From the NCBI GenBank assembly GCA_037447435.1, contig JBBIGR010000002.1, positions 32,001-96,000 of the forward strand: a stretch of 64,000 nucleotides of DNA, read 5' to 3'. Below the pieces are notes generated by a model. It did no database searches and was not told the DNA's origin. It saw only the letters and a program-made list of their open reading frames with translations. The stretch is from Fibrobacteria bacterium. GTDB lineage: Bacteria > Fibrobacterota > Chitinivibrionia > Chitinivibrionales > FEN-1185. The translations under genes were made by a program, and so were the position numbers. Shown here in pieces: positions 29,792-38,350 of the stretch (within the stretch, counting starts at the first letter, position 1; each line of letters begins with the position of its first letter).

Positions 29792-31702
29792 CTAGTTTTC
29801 CATTTTAAGCTGAGCAACCAGCTTGACGGTTTTGGCTTCTTTGTTCGACAGCCGGACGCCCTGCGCCTTGACGCCTTTTACGAGGTAATCCGCCAAATTG
29901 AACGATTCCTCCAAAACCCGCAGATAGGCCTTGGGTTTGTATTCGACCTCTATGGTGCCTTCTTTTTCCGTTGTAAACATCTGCACGCTTGCGCCTTCGG
30001 GAACCAAAAAATACGCCTTTTGCATGATGAATTGCTCGATCGTGCAGCGTTTGACATACGGGACCAACGTCTGCGGATGCTTGTAGACAACCGAATAAAC
30101 CGTGTCTTTGTCCACGAACCCGCAAAACAGCATGCCTTTGTCGACAAAGAGTTTGTCGGGCACGTTGAGTACCGAATAGACGCCGTTTTTGCGGATAACG
30201 AGTATCCGGTCGTATTGCGACACGTCGAACAGCGAACTGCCGTTGACTTCGTAGCCCAAATAGCCGTTGTCGCGGTCGTATCGCAATTTCAAATTGCGTT
30301 GTGCGACTTCTCGGACGTCGACCTTTTCAAACGAAACGACCTCGGTTTTCCGGGGATGTGCGGCGCCGTATTTGATGATGATGTCCTGCAAAAACCCTAT
30401 CGAATAATCGATGATGTTTTCCAGAGAATGCTTGATTTCCTTGAGCCGCGTCTTGATTTCGTCCATGTCTTTTTTTGCTTTATTGATGTCGAAGGCCGAA
30501 ATCCTGCGTATCGGAATTTTTAAAAGCGTTTCGACGTCGTCGCCGGTCACCGTGCGCTTTATGATGTCTTTGAACGGTTCCAAACCGTCTATGACCGCCT
30601 GGAAAACGGTCTCCTGCGTTTTCTTGTCTTCTATTTTTTTGTAGACGCGGTTTTCTATGAAAATCTGTTCCAGGGTTTTGGCATGCAACTTGTCGCGCAA
30701 ATGCCCGTCTTCATTTTTAAGCTCGCGCTTTAATATGTCAACCAACCGGTCGGCATTATGCGCGATGACGTCCGAAACGCTCAGGGTAACGGGCTTGCCT
30801 TCCTTGATGACCACCAAATTAGTCGATATCGACACTTCACAATCGGTAAAGGCGTACAACGCGTCGACCGTGTCCTGGGTATGCACGCCGCGGGCGAGCC
30901 GGATTTCGATTTCGACCTGTTCCGAGGTGAAATCCGAAATACCCGCGATTTTTATTTTATTTTTCCGCGCCGCGTCTTCGACGCTCGAAATCAGGCTTTC
31001 CGTGGTCGTACCGTAGGGAATTTCCCGAACCACGATGCGTTTGTCGTCGCTGGTGTCGAGCCGTGCACGCACGCGCACCTTGCCGTTGCCGTCGTTGTAT
31101 TCCGAAGCATCAAGCATTCCGCCTGTCGGAAAATCCGGGTCAACGGAAAACGGTTCTTTACCCAAATAAGCGATTTGCGCCTGCAGCAGTTCTATGAGAT
31201 TGTGCGGCAATATCTTCGTGGCCATCCCCACCGCAATGCCTTCGGCCCCTTGCGCAAGCAGAACGGGAAGCTTTGCGGGCAACGCGATCGGTTCTTTGTT
31301 GCGGCCGTCGTACGAATCCGCGTAATCGGTGACTTCGGGGTTGAACAGCGTCTCTTTTGCCAACGGGGACAAACGGGTCTCGATATACCGCATCGCCGAC
31401 GCTTCGTCGCCGGTGAAAATATTGCCGAAATTTCCCTGTTTATCAAGAAAGAGGTCCTTGTTGGCAATGCCCACAAGGGCGGAGAAAATAGACTGGTCTC
31501 CGTGCGGGTGGTATTTCATGCACTGCCCCACCGCATTGGCGACCTTGTGGTATTTCCCGTCGTCCATTTCGAAAAGCGTATGGAGAATGCGGCGCTGTAC
31601 CGGTTTCAGACCGTCTTCAATGTCGGGAATGGCGCGGTCTTTGATGACATAGCTAGCGTATTCGATAAAGTAGTTCTTATATAAATTCGGTACGAATGCC
31701 AT
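29792..31702 (-). CDS. parC: DNA topoisomerase IV subunit A (short type)
   Basis: DGLKPVQRRIL, YHPHGD, SAMRYIE catalytic Tyr; 636 aa, no GyrA box seen. Confidence 0.88.
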   Translation of the reverse strand: MAFVPNLYKNYFIEYASYVIKDRAIPDIEDGLKPVQRRILHTLFEMDDGKYHKVANAVGQCMKYHPHGDQSIFSALVGIANKDLFLDKQGNFGNIFTGDEASAMRYIETRLSPLAKETLFNPEVTDYADSYDGRNKEPIALPAKLPVLLAQGAEGIAVGMATKILPHNLIELLQAQIAYLGKEPFSVDPDFPTGGMLDASEYNDGNGKVRVRARLDTSDDKRIVVREIPYGTTTESLISSVEDAARKNKIKIAGISDFTSEQVEIEIRLARGVHTQDTVDALYAFTDCEVSISTNLVVIKEGKPVTLSVSDVIAHNADRLVDILKRELKNEDGHLRDKLHAKTLEQIFIENRVYKKIEDKKTQETVFQAVIDGLEPFKDIIKRTVTGDDVETLLKIPIRRISAFDINKAKKDMDEIKTRLKEIKHSLENIIDYSIGFLQDIIIKYGAAHPRKTEVVSFEKVDVREVAQRNLKLRYDRDNGYLGYEVNGSSLFDVSQYDRILVIRKNGVYSVLNVPDKLFVDKGMLFCGFVDKDTVYSVVYKHPQTLVPYVKRCTIEQFIMQKAYFLVPEGASVQMFTTEKEGTIEVEYKPKAYLRVLEESFNLADYLVKGVKAQGVRLSNKEAKTVKLVAQLKMEN

Positions 31703-33501
31703 TACAACAAATTCTCCATGATAAAGTCTTTTCGCTGCGGCGTGTTTTTTCCCATGTAAAATTCCAGCGTTTCGGGGATGTTCTTGATCGATTTCACATT
31801 GACTTCCACAAGCCGTATGTCCTCGCCGATGAATTGCCCGAATTCATTGGGCGAGATTTCCCCCAGCCCTTTGAATCGCGTGGTCTCGGCGTCGCGTATT
31901 TCTTTCAGCGCACTGTCGCGTTCCTTTTCGCTGTAACAATAACGGGTCTCTTTTTTATTGCGCACCCGAAACAGCGGGGTCTCCAGTATGAACAAATGGT
32001 TCGATACAACCATTTCTTCGAAATACGTAAGGAAAAACGTCATGAGCAAATACCGGATGTGGAAACCGTCCACGTCGGCATCGGTCGCTATCACGATCCG
32101 GTTGTAGCGCAGCTGTTCGATGCTTTCTTCTATGCCGAGCGCCATCATCAAATTGTACAGTTCTTCGTTCTGGTAAATGGCCGCCCGCGTTTTCGCATAA
32201 ACGTTTTCAGGTTTGCCCTTGAGCGTGAATATAGCCTGGTTCAGCACGTCGCGAGCGGAGACGATGGATCCTGCGGCCGATTGTCCTTCTGTCAGGAATA
32301 TCGTGGATTCCTCGCCGTGCTTTTCATCTCCCAAATGATATTTGCAGTCCTTAAGGCATGGGATTTTAATTTCGATGCGTTTTGCCGCTTCCTTGGCTTC
32401 CTTTTTGACCGCATTCAATTCCTTGCGCAACCGTTCGTTCTGGACGATTTTGCTCTCGAGCGATTTTGCGCTTTCGGGGTTTTTATGCAGAAAATCGACG
32501 ACGCCGCTTTTCACTTCATTTAAAACCCAGGAGCGGATTTCCGTATTGCCGAGCTTGTTTTTGGTCTGCGATTCGAAAACCGGACTCTTGAGCTTTACCG
32601 CGATTGCGCCGGCAATGCCTTCCCGCACGTCCAGGCCCGAATAATCTTTTTTGTAAAACTCGTTGATCCCTTTGAGTATGCCTTCGCGAAACGCCGACAA
32701 ATGGGTACCGCCGTCACTGGTGAGCTGGCCATTCACAAAAGAGAAATACGTTTCGCCGTAGGTCTGCGTGTGCGTGAACGAAAATTCAAGAAACTTCGTC
32801 TTGTAATGGCCAATGGGATAAGTAATGCCTTCGCCCACTTCTTCCGCCAACAAGTCCAGAAGCCCGTTTTTGGATTCGAAAACCTGCTTGTTGAATATGA
32901 GTTTGAGCCCGGTGTTGAGGCAGGCGTAATTCCACATTCTGCTTTCGATATATTCGTAATTATACGTATATTCGCCGAAAAGTTCATTGTCGGGCGTGAA
33001 TTCGACGTAGGTCCCGTTGGGTTGGCCTTTTACCGGACCTTTGCGTTTGGAAATAAGTTTTCCTTTTGAGAAAACTGCTTCGAAGAATTCGCCGTCGCGA
33101 TACGACGTGACCTTAAAATGTGACGACATGCCGTTCACCGCTTTTGTGCCGACCCCGTTGAGACCAACCGAGAATTGGAACACGTCGTCATTGTATTTGG
33201 CGCCGGTATTTATCACCGATACGCATTCGATGACCTTACCGAGGGGAATTCCGCGACCGTAATCGCGCACCGAAAGGATGTTGTTTTCAATGGTGATTTC
33301 AACTTTTTTGCCAACGCCCATGATGAATTCATCGATGGAATTGTCTATCACTTCCTTAAGCAGAATGTAAATCCCGTCGTCGGGATTCGAGCCGTCGCCG
33401 AGCCTGCCTATGTACATGCCCGGCCGAAGCCTTATGTGGTCAAGGGAGCTTAAGGTCTTGATTGTTTTTTCGTCGTAAACTGGAGCTGTGGTTTTATTCA
33501 T
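31702..33501 (-). CDS. parE: DNA topoisomerase IV subunit B
   Basis: RPGMYIG, EVIDNSIDE, GLNGVG, TEGQSA, ATDADVDG, RFKGLGE; TAATG overlap with parC. Confidence 0.88.
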   Translation of the reverse strand: MNKTTAPVYDEKTIKTLSSLDHIRLRPGMYIGRLGDGSNPDDGIYILLKEVIDNSIDEFIMGVGKKVEITIENNILSVRDYGRGIPLGKVIECVSVINTGAKYNDDVFQFSVGLNGVGTKAVNGMSSHFKVTSYRDGEFFEAVFSKGKLISKRKGPVKGQPNGTYVEFTPDNELFGEYTYNYEYIESRMWNYACLNTGLKLIFNKQVFESKNGLLDLLAEEVGEGITYPIGHYKTKFLEFSFTHTQTYGETYFSFVNGQLTSDGGTHLSAFREGILKGINEFYKKDYSGLDVREGIAGAIAVKLKSPVFESQTKNKLGNTEIRSWVLNEVKSGVVDFLHKNPESAKSLESKIVQNERLRKELNAVKKEAKEAAKRIEIKIPCLKDCKYHLGDEKHGEESTIFLTEGQSAAGSIVSARDVLNQAIFTLKGKPENVYAKTRAAIYQNEELYNLMMALGIEESIEQLRYNRIVIATDADVDGFHIRYLLMTFFLTYFEEMVVSNHLFILETPLFRVRNKKETRYCYSEKERDSALKEIRDAETTRFKGLGEISPNEFGQFIGEDIRLVEVNVKSIKNIPETLEFYMGKNTPQRKDFIMENLL

Positions 33502-33632
33502 GCCTAATAGGTAGTACCAATTGAATGGAAATGTACAATCACTAGTGGAAAATTATGGTTTTAATATAATATCTGCAATCCGTGAATTTTGCGATGCACA
33601 AAGATTTTAATTTTTGGTTTTGTGAAAAAATT

Positions 33633-34547
33633 CTAATGTAAAAAGGTGATTTGCGGTTCCCTATTTACCACGCTCTTGCAAATCGCTACAAACTCCTCCG
33701 GGGTGAAATTGCTTTTGCAGGTATTGATCAGCCAGCCGCAGATTTCGAATTGCAATTCTTTGGCTTCCGGATCCGTGTGGTCTATTGTAGGAAGCAAGGC
33801 AAAGTCGTTATACTCAACGGTGAAGCCTCCCTGTTTTTCACTCACCCATGTCCCGATCTTTTCCCAGGCAAGTCTATCTCCTGTAAACGGATCGAAAAGT
33901 CCGCAGGCAATCACGGCAGCGTGAATTGCCCGACGGTAAATCGACATCGTCGCGCCGATCGAACAGATCCTGCCGCGCCTCTGGTCCCGTTCCAAAATGT
34001 ATTTGGCCTTGCGAAGTATCCATTTACGGTATTCCTTGAGCGTGCATATTCCCTCCAGAAAAGCCGGCAGTTCATACACCGGAATGACCGACGTGCCAAA
34101 TTCGCCGCATTTCCGATGCGCGATAATTTTCCGGCACATCGCAATAAATTCCGCAGGGGTCTGACAGTTTTTGCAGGAGTTGATTTTCCAGGAGCAAATC
34201 TCAAAATCCACCGTTTCGCCTGCCGGATCGCAATGGTCAAGCGTCGGCATCAGTAGAAACCGTTTTACATACGCTCTATTGTCTTTCGCTTTTTTCGCGT
34301 CCCATTCCTCTATCAGTTCCCATTGCAACGGCTCACCGGTAAACGGGTCCTTTTCTCCGCCGTTGCATACCGCTTCATGAATCGTATTTTCATACAGTGT
34401 AAAAGTCGCGCCGTTTGCACAGGGCCGGTTTCTTTTCCGGTCCTTTTCAAGTATTTCGCCGGTTTTTTCCCGAAGCCAAACATTGTAATAACCCTTGGTA
34501 ATCGTTCCCTGTAAATATTCCGGCAGAGGTTTTGATGGTCTGGGCAT
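33633..34547 (-). CDS. Hypothetical protein with two tandem HNH/His-Me-finger-like domains
   Basis: Internal duplication DPFTG..W..PT(L/I)DH.DP..FEIC.W.IN.CK. Confidence 0.7.
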   Translation of the reverse strand: MPRPSKPLPEYLQGTITKGYYNVWLREKTGEILEKDRKRNRPCANGATFTLYENTIHEAVCNGGEKDPFTGEPLQWELIEEWDAKKAKDNRAYVKRFLLMPTLDHCDPAGETVDFEICSWKINSCKNCQTPAEFIAMCRKIIAHRKCGEFGTSVIPVYELPAFLEGICTLKEYRKWILRKAKYILERDQRRGRICSIGATMSIYRRAIHAAVIACGLFDPFTGDRLAWEKIGTWVSEKQGGFTVEYNDFALLPTIDHTDPEAKELQFEICGWLINTCKSNFTPEEFVAICKSVVNREPQITFLH

Positions 34548-34618
34548 AAAGAACCTTTCTTATGCCGATTTGCATTCAAAAAGAGTGGTGACGCGCAATG
34601 TCTCTGCAGGCGCCTTCT

Positions 34619-35791
34619 CTAAACAAGACCCAAAAGGAATTTGTCGGCAGAAACAATCCGTATACCCGATATCATTGTATCGACGCCTGACGTCTTGACA
34701 ACCTGGTAACAGAACGGGATTTTCCATTTTTCCTTAAAAAGCGCAAGTGCCGGGGAAAGCGAAATATCGCTGGTTTTCACCTCTACCGCAAACCACGGCT
34801 TGTTGTCGACCGTTACGACAAAATCAACTTCTCGCTTCGACATGTCTCGTAGGAAATAAAGCCCTGTTTTGTATCCCTCAAAATCATAAAGGTACTGAAC
34901 TAATTTTAATAAATGCGATGCGACCATATTTTCAAATCGAGCAGATTCGCCGGAAAGTTCCGACCAATCCCACAGATATAACTTTGGTTCTTTCTTGAGT
35001 GCTAATACGGATTTTGAAACAAACGGATATACACGAAAGTGGTAATAAAATGTTTCCAGTATATCTAACCAATGGGCAACCGCGCGAAAGCTTACGTCAA
35101 GGTCCTCACGGATCGCATTTGTAGACAATAGCGATCCCACTTTTTCCGGCAACAAATCGCTTAAAGCCTTCATACTGCCAAGATCGCGGATTATCGCAAT
35201 ATCCAGAATATCTTCGCGAAACATCCGTTCGATTTTTTCATTGTGCCATCTTCTGAGCACTCGGTCGCTTTGTTTCGTTAATGGCTCAGGAAACCCGCCG
35301 AAACTCATGAGGTCATTAAATGATTTTGGGGCAGAGCCGGTAGGTATATCAAGCTCATGAAACGGCTTAAACATATTTTTCTTGTTTTCCAACTCGGCAA
35401 CAGAAAACGGATGTAAACGATAAAAGTGATATCGCCCCTGTAACGAATCGCCACCTTTGCGAAACACATCCAGGCGGCTGCTGCCTGTGACAATAATACC
35501 GAAACGATCCTTGTTCTTGTCGTATTCGCCCTTGATAAATGCTTTCCATTTTTTGTACTTGTGGATTTCATCAAAGGAAACAAGATCCGCCTCCGTCGGC
35601 CACGCCGACGCCATGATTTGTTTTCTGTCTTGACGGTTGTCCCAGTTGAAATATGCGGGGCTTTTATACGTTTTTGCGACAATCTTGTTGGCAAGGGTGG
35701 TTTTTCCTACCTGGCGAGGGCCGCCCAGGAATACCATCTTTTTTTCGTGCAAATCTTCAATAATTGGCTCTGTGAGGTACCTTTTTTTCAT
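34619..35791 (-). CDS. AAA_14 + DUF4143 ATP-binding protein
   Basis: GPRQVGKTT, FDEIH, VTGSS, SLQGRY, GGFPEP, REVDFV..AVEVK; start reset to ATG 35791. Confidence 0.9.
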   Translation of the reverse strand: MKKRYLTEPIIEDLHEKKMVFLGGPRQVGKTTLANKIVAKTYKSPAYFNWDNRQDRKQIMASAWPTEADLVSFDEIHKYKKWKAFIKGEYDKNKDRFGIIVTGSSRLDVFRKGGDSLQGRYHFYRLHPFSVAELENKKNMFKPFHELDIPTGSAPKSFNDLMSFGGFPEPLTKQSDRVLRRWHNEKIERMFREDILDIAIIRDLGSMKALSDLLPEKVGSLLSTNAIREDLDVSFRAVAHWLDILETFYYHFRVYPFVSKSVLALKKEPKLYLWDWSELSGESARFENMVASHLLKLVQYLYDFEGYKTGLYFLRDMSKREVDFVVTVDNKPWFAVEVKTSDISLSPALALFKEKWKIPFCYQVVKTSGVDTMISGIRIVSADKFLLGLV

Positions 35792-35912
35792 GATCCCGTA
35801 TGCCCCGTTCTTTTGCCTTAAACATACAATCACCGCGTTTTAAGGTCAAGAAAGATTTGCGTGTAAGCAAATCTTTCGATCGAAACATTTGCCTTAGAGC
35901 AAATGTTTCACG

Positions 35913-36806
35913 TCACCGTTGTGATGGGCGGCCTAACAACATGTCCTTAAGGACATCTCTATATTTATGCAATGTCACATACACTGCCTTATCCGGCATT
36001 GGCACTTCGCGGGGAAAAGGCCTGGAATAAATGCCGGTAACCGTATGATGCAGCACATGTTCACGGGAATCGTTATGGGTTAAAAACAAAAAAATCTTTT
36101 CCAAAATCCCGTTGCTTCGGAGGTTTCTCGTCCACAGGTTCCGCTCCTTCCAATCGCCTTCCATGATGAGGTTTCCGTGTTCGACAAGCTGCGAATGATG
36201 GAGAATAACGGAGCCTACCCAGAAAGCAAGCACGTACGCCATGACGATATCGCCCGGGCGCACCTCGAAAAGCAACGAACTCGCCAGTCCGGCGCAAAAG
36301 AGGTAGACGACCCAGACAAAAAACGAAACCGCCGCTTTCCAAATGCGGTATCTGTCCCTGAAATGCGCATTCCGCGGGACGGTGACAAGACTTACCGCCA
36401 CCAGATAGGCGATGCCGATGAAAATTTCCAACAGGTTATTGACTATTCTTAATAAGCGGGTCTTAATTTCCCCGTACGGGTGGAATTCCATGTCGCTCCA
36501 CGTGTGGATATGCGTATGGTGGTGGCCGTGTACCATTTTGTAAACCTGCGGATCGCTTACCAGCAAGAGTGCATACACGTTGTACATCGTTTTGTTTGGG
36601 ATAGTCGGAACGTATTTATGCCACGTCTCATGCATAAGGAAACCAAGCCAGGTAAAAAGAAATGCGCCGGGAAAAACGGCTGCAATTACGGCAAGCGCCC
36701 AATGGGCGCGATATATCGCAGGCAAGACGATTAAAAAAGCCACCCATGCGATGGGGGCAAAATAAAACTTCCACGTCTGATGTATAATTTGCGTTTTGGT
36801 AATCAT
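35913..36806 (-). CDS. Membrane fatty acid desaturase-like protein
   Basis: Histidine boxes HETWH, HGHHH, HVLHH and TM segments. Confidence 0.82.
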   Translation of the reverse strand: MITKTQIIHQTWKFYFAPIAWVAFLIVLPAIYRAHWALAVIAAVFPGAFLFTWLGFLMHETWHKYVPTIPNKTMYNVYALLLVSDPQVYKMVHGHHHTHIHTWSDMEFHPYGEIKTRLLRIVNNLLEIFIGIAYLVAVSLVTVPRNAHFRDRYRIWKAAVSFFVWVVYLFCAGLASSLLFEVRPGDIVMAYVLAFWVGSVILHHSQLVEHGNLIMEGDWKERNLWTRNLRSNGILEKIFLFLTHNDSREHVLHHTVTGIYSRPFPREVPMPDKAVYVTLHKYRDVLKDMLLGRPSQR

Positions 36807-37016
36807 GCGGACCTTTTGCTATTTAAAGATGCAAACCGGGAATCACGACCGAACGGAAACTTTTTTCGAATGATAAAAAGAATATAAATACCGGCATATG
36901 CGGTACGGCTTTTGTATGGTTGAAGGAATTTTTCATTTCGGGCGTATAAATCCATAAGACAGCCGTATCCAATCTTTTATATTTATCCAAACAGCAAGTC
37001 ACCGATAAAGGAACGT

Positions 37017-38072
37017 ATGATCGCAAAACTCGGTTCAATTACTTTTTTCGGGAATTCCCTTTTGAATTATGCAGTGAGTATCGGTATAATTCTCGGGGGA
37101 ATCGCGGTGGTTTCCATAGTTCGGTCTATTTTGAAAAAACGCAAAGCAGGTCCGGGCAAAAAAGACGCCGAGCAATCGACCTCGAACATCGTCATGTTGG
37201 TGCAACGAGTAATCATTCCGTTGCTTTACCTGCTCGTTATTTACAGCGGGATAATGCACCTTACCATGCCTCAATTCGTCGAAAAAACGTTGCGCACGGT
37301 TTTTACCGCAGCCTTTACCGTTGTCGCCATAAATATCCTGATCGCTTTTTTAAATTCGGTCGTCCGGCACCTGATTCTTGACAAAAGCAGAGACGACGCG
37401 CAACAGCGTTCTTTTGGTGCCGTGTGGCCCATCGCGCAAGCGCTCATTTGGTCCATCGGTATCATTTTCCTTTTGGAAAATATCGGTTTTAAGATCACCA
37501 CGCTCGTTGCCGGACTCGGCGTCGGCGGCGTCGCGGTGGCGCTTGCAGGCCAGGCGCTGCTCAAAGACGTATTCGGCTATTTCACGATATTGCTTGACAA
37601 ACCGTTCGAACTGGGCGATTCGATCGCCGTCGGCGAATCCGCGGGAACCGTGGAACATATCGGCCTCAAAACAACAAGAATAAGGAGCCTTGAAGGGGAG
37701 TTGTTGATTTTGACAAATACGGCGCTCACGGATTCCCGGGTCCACAATTACAAAAACATGGCGCGACGCCGCGTGCAGTTCGGCATCGCCGTGGTTTACC
37801 AGACGCGACGGGAGCTCCTCGAATCGATTCCGGGGATTATCGAGGCGGCGATAAAGAGTACGTCCCAAACATCGTTCGACCGGGCGCATTTCGCCTCATT
37901 CGGGAACATCGGTTTTGTCTTCGAAGCTGTTTATTATGTGGAAAATCCTGATTACAATTTGTATATGGACCGCCAACAGGAAATCAATCTTCGCATCGTT
38001 CGGTCGTTTGAGGAAAAAGGAATATTACCGGCTTGTCAAGCATTGCCTCGCGCGCCGCATACATCGGCTTAG
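37017..38072 (+). CDS. Small-conductance mechanosensitive channel (MscS family)
   Basis: AGLGVGGVAVALAGQ, DKPFELGD, GTVEHIGLKTTRIR. Confidence 0.93.
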   Translation: MIAKLGSITFFGNSLLNYAVSIGIILGGIAVVSIVRSILKKRKAGPGKKDAEQSTSNIVMLVQRVIIPLLYLLVIYSGIMHLTMPQFVEKTLRTVFTAAFTVVAINILIAFLNSVVRHLILDKSRDDAQQRSFGAVWPIAQALIWSIGIIFLLENIGFKITTLVAGLGVGGVAVALAGQALLKDVFGYFTILLDKPFELGDSIAVGESAGTVEHIGLKTTRIRSLEGELLILTNTALTDSRVHNYKNMARRRVQFGIAVVYQTRRELLESIPGIIEAAIKSTSQTSFDRAHFASFGNIGFVFEAVYYVENPDYNLYMDRQQEINLRIVRSFEEKGILPACQALPRAPHTSA

Positions 38073-38128
38073 CTTCCATTTTTAAACCCTCCTCTCACCC
38101 TCGCAACAGTACTATTTGGCGTCCTGCC

Positions 38129-38282
38129 GTAGACCAATTTTTACAATCAAGTCATCATTTATAGCCAATTTGAAAATTGTAACAAATTGATAAACAAACA
38201 GATAAGTGTTTAATTACGTAGTCCAAACGGTCTACACTTTTTGGTTTTTCACAAACCAATGCGTGTTTTGGCGTGCTATATT
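38129..38282 (+). promoter_or_regulatory. Conserved promoter module, copy 1
   Basis: GTAGACCA 38129; IHF box TAACAAATTGATA 38180; GTAGTCC-AAAC-GGTCTAC 38218; TATATT 38277. Confidence 0.75.
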
Positions 38283-38350
38283 TATTTGCAAGGGAATTTA
38301 AATACCGAAAACCGGGATCCGTATCACACACAATAAAGAGGAGGTCGAGT

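Noticed and set aside
29792..33501. Calling the type II topoisomerase genes gyrA/gyrB
   Set aside because: Short A subunit without a visible GyrA box fits topoisomerase IV better
35903..35918. TGTTTCACGT resembling parS
   Set aside because: Only the left part matches; the right arm is not GAAACA
35913..36806. O2-dependent desaturase (and the dioxygenase at 17980) as a paradox for an anaerobe
   Set aside because: The organism's taxonomy and physiology cannot be established from this window
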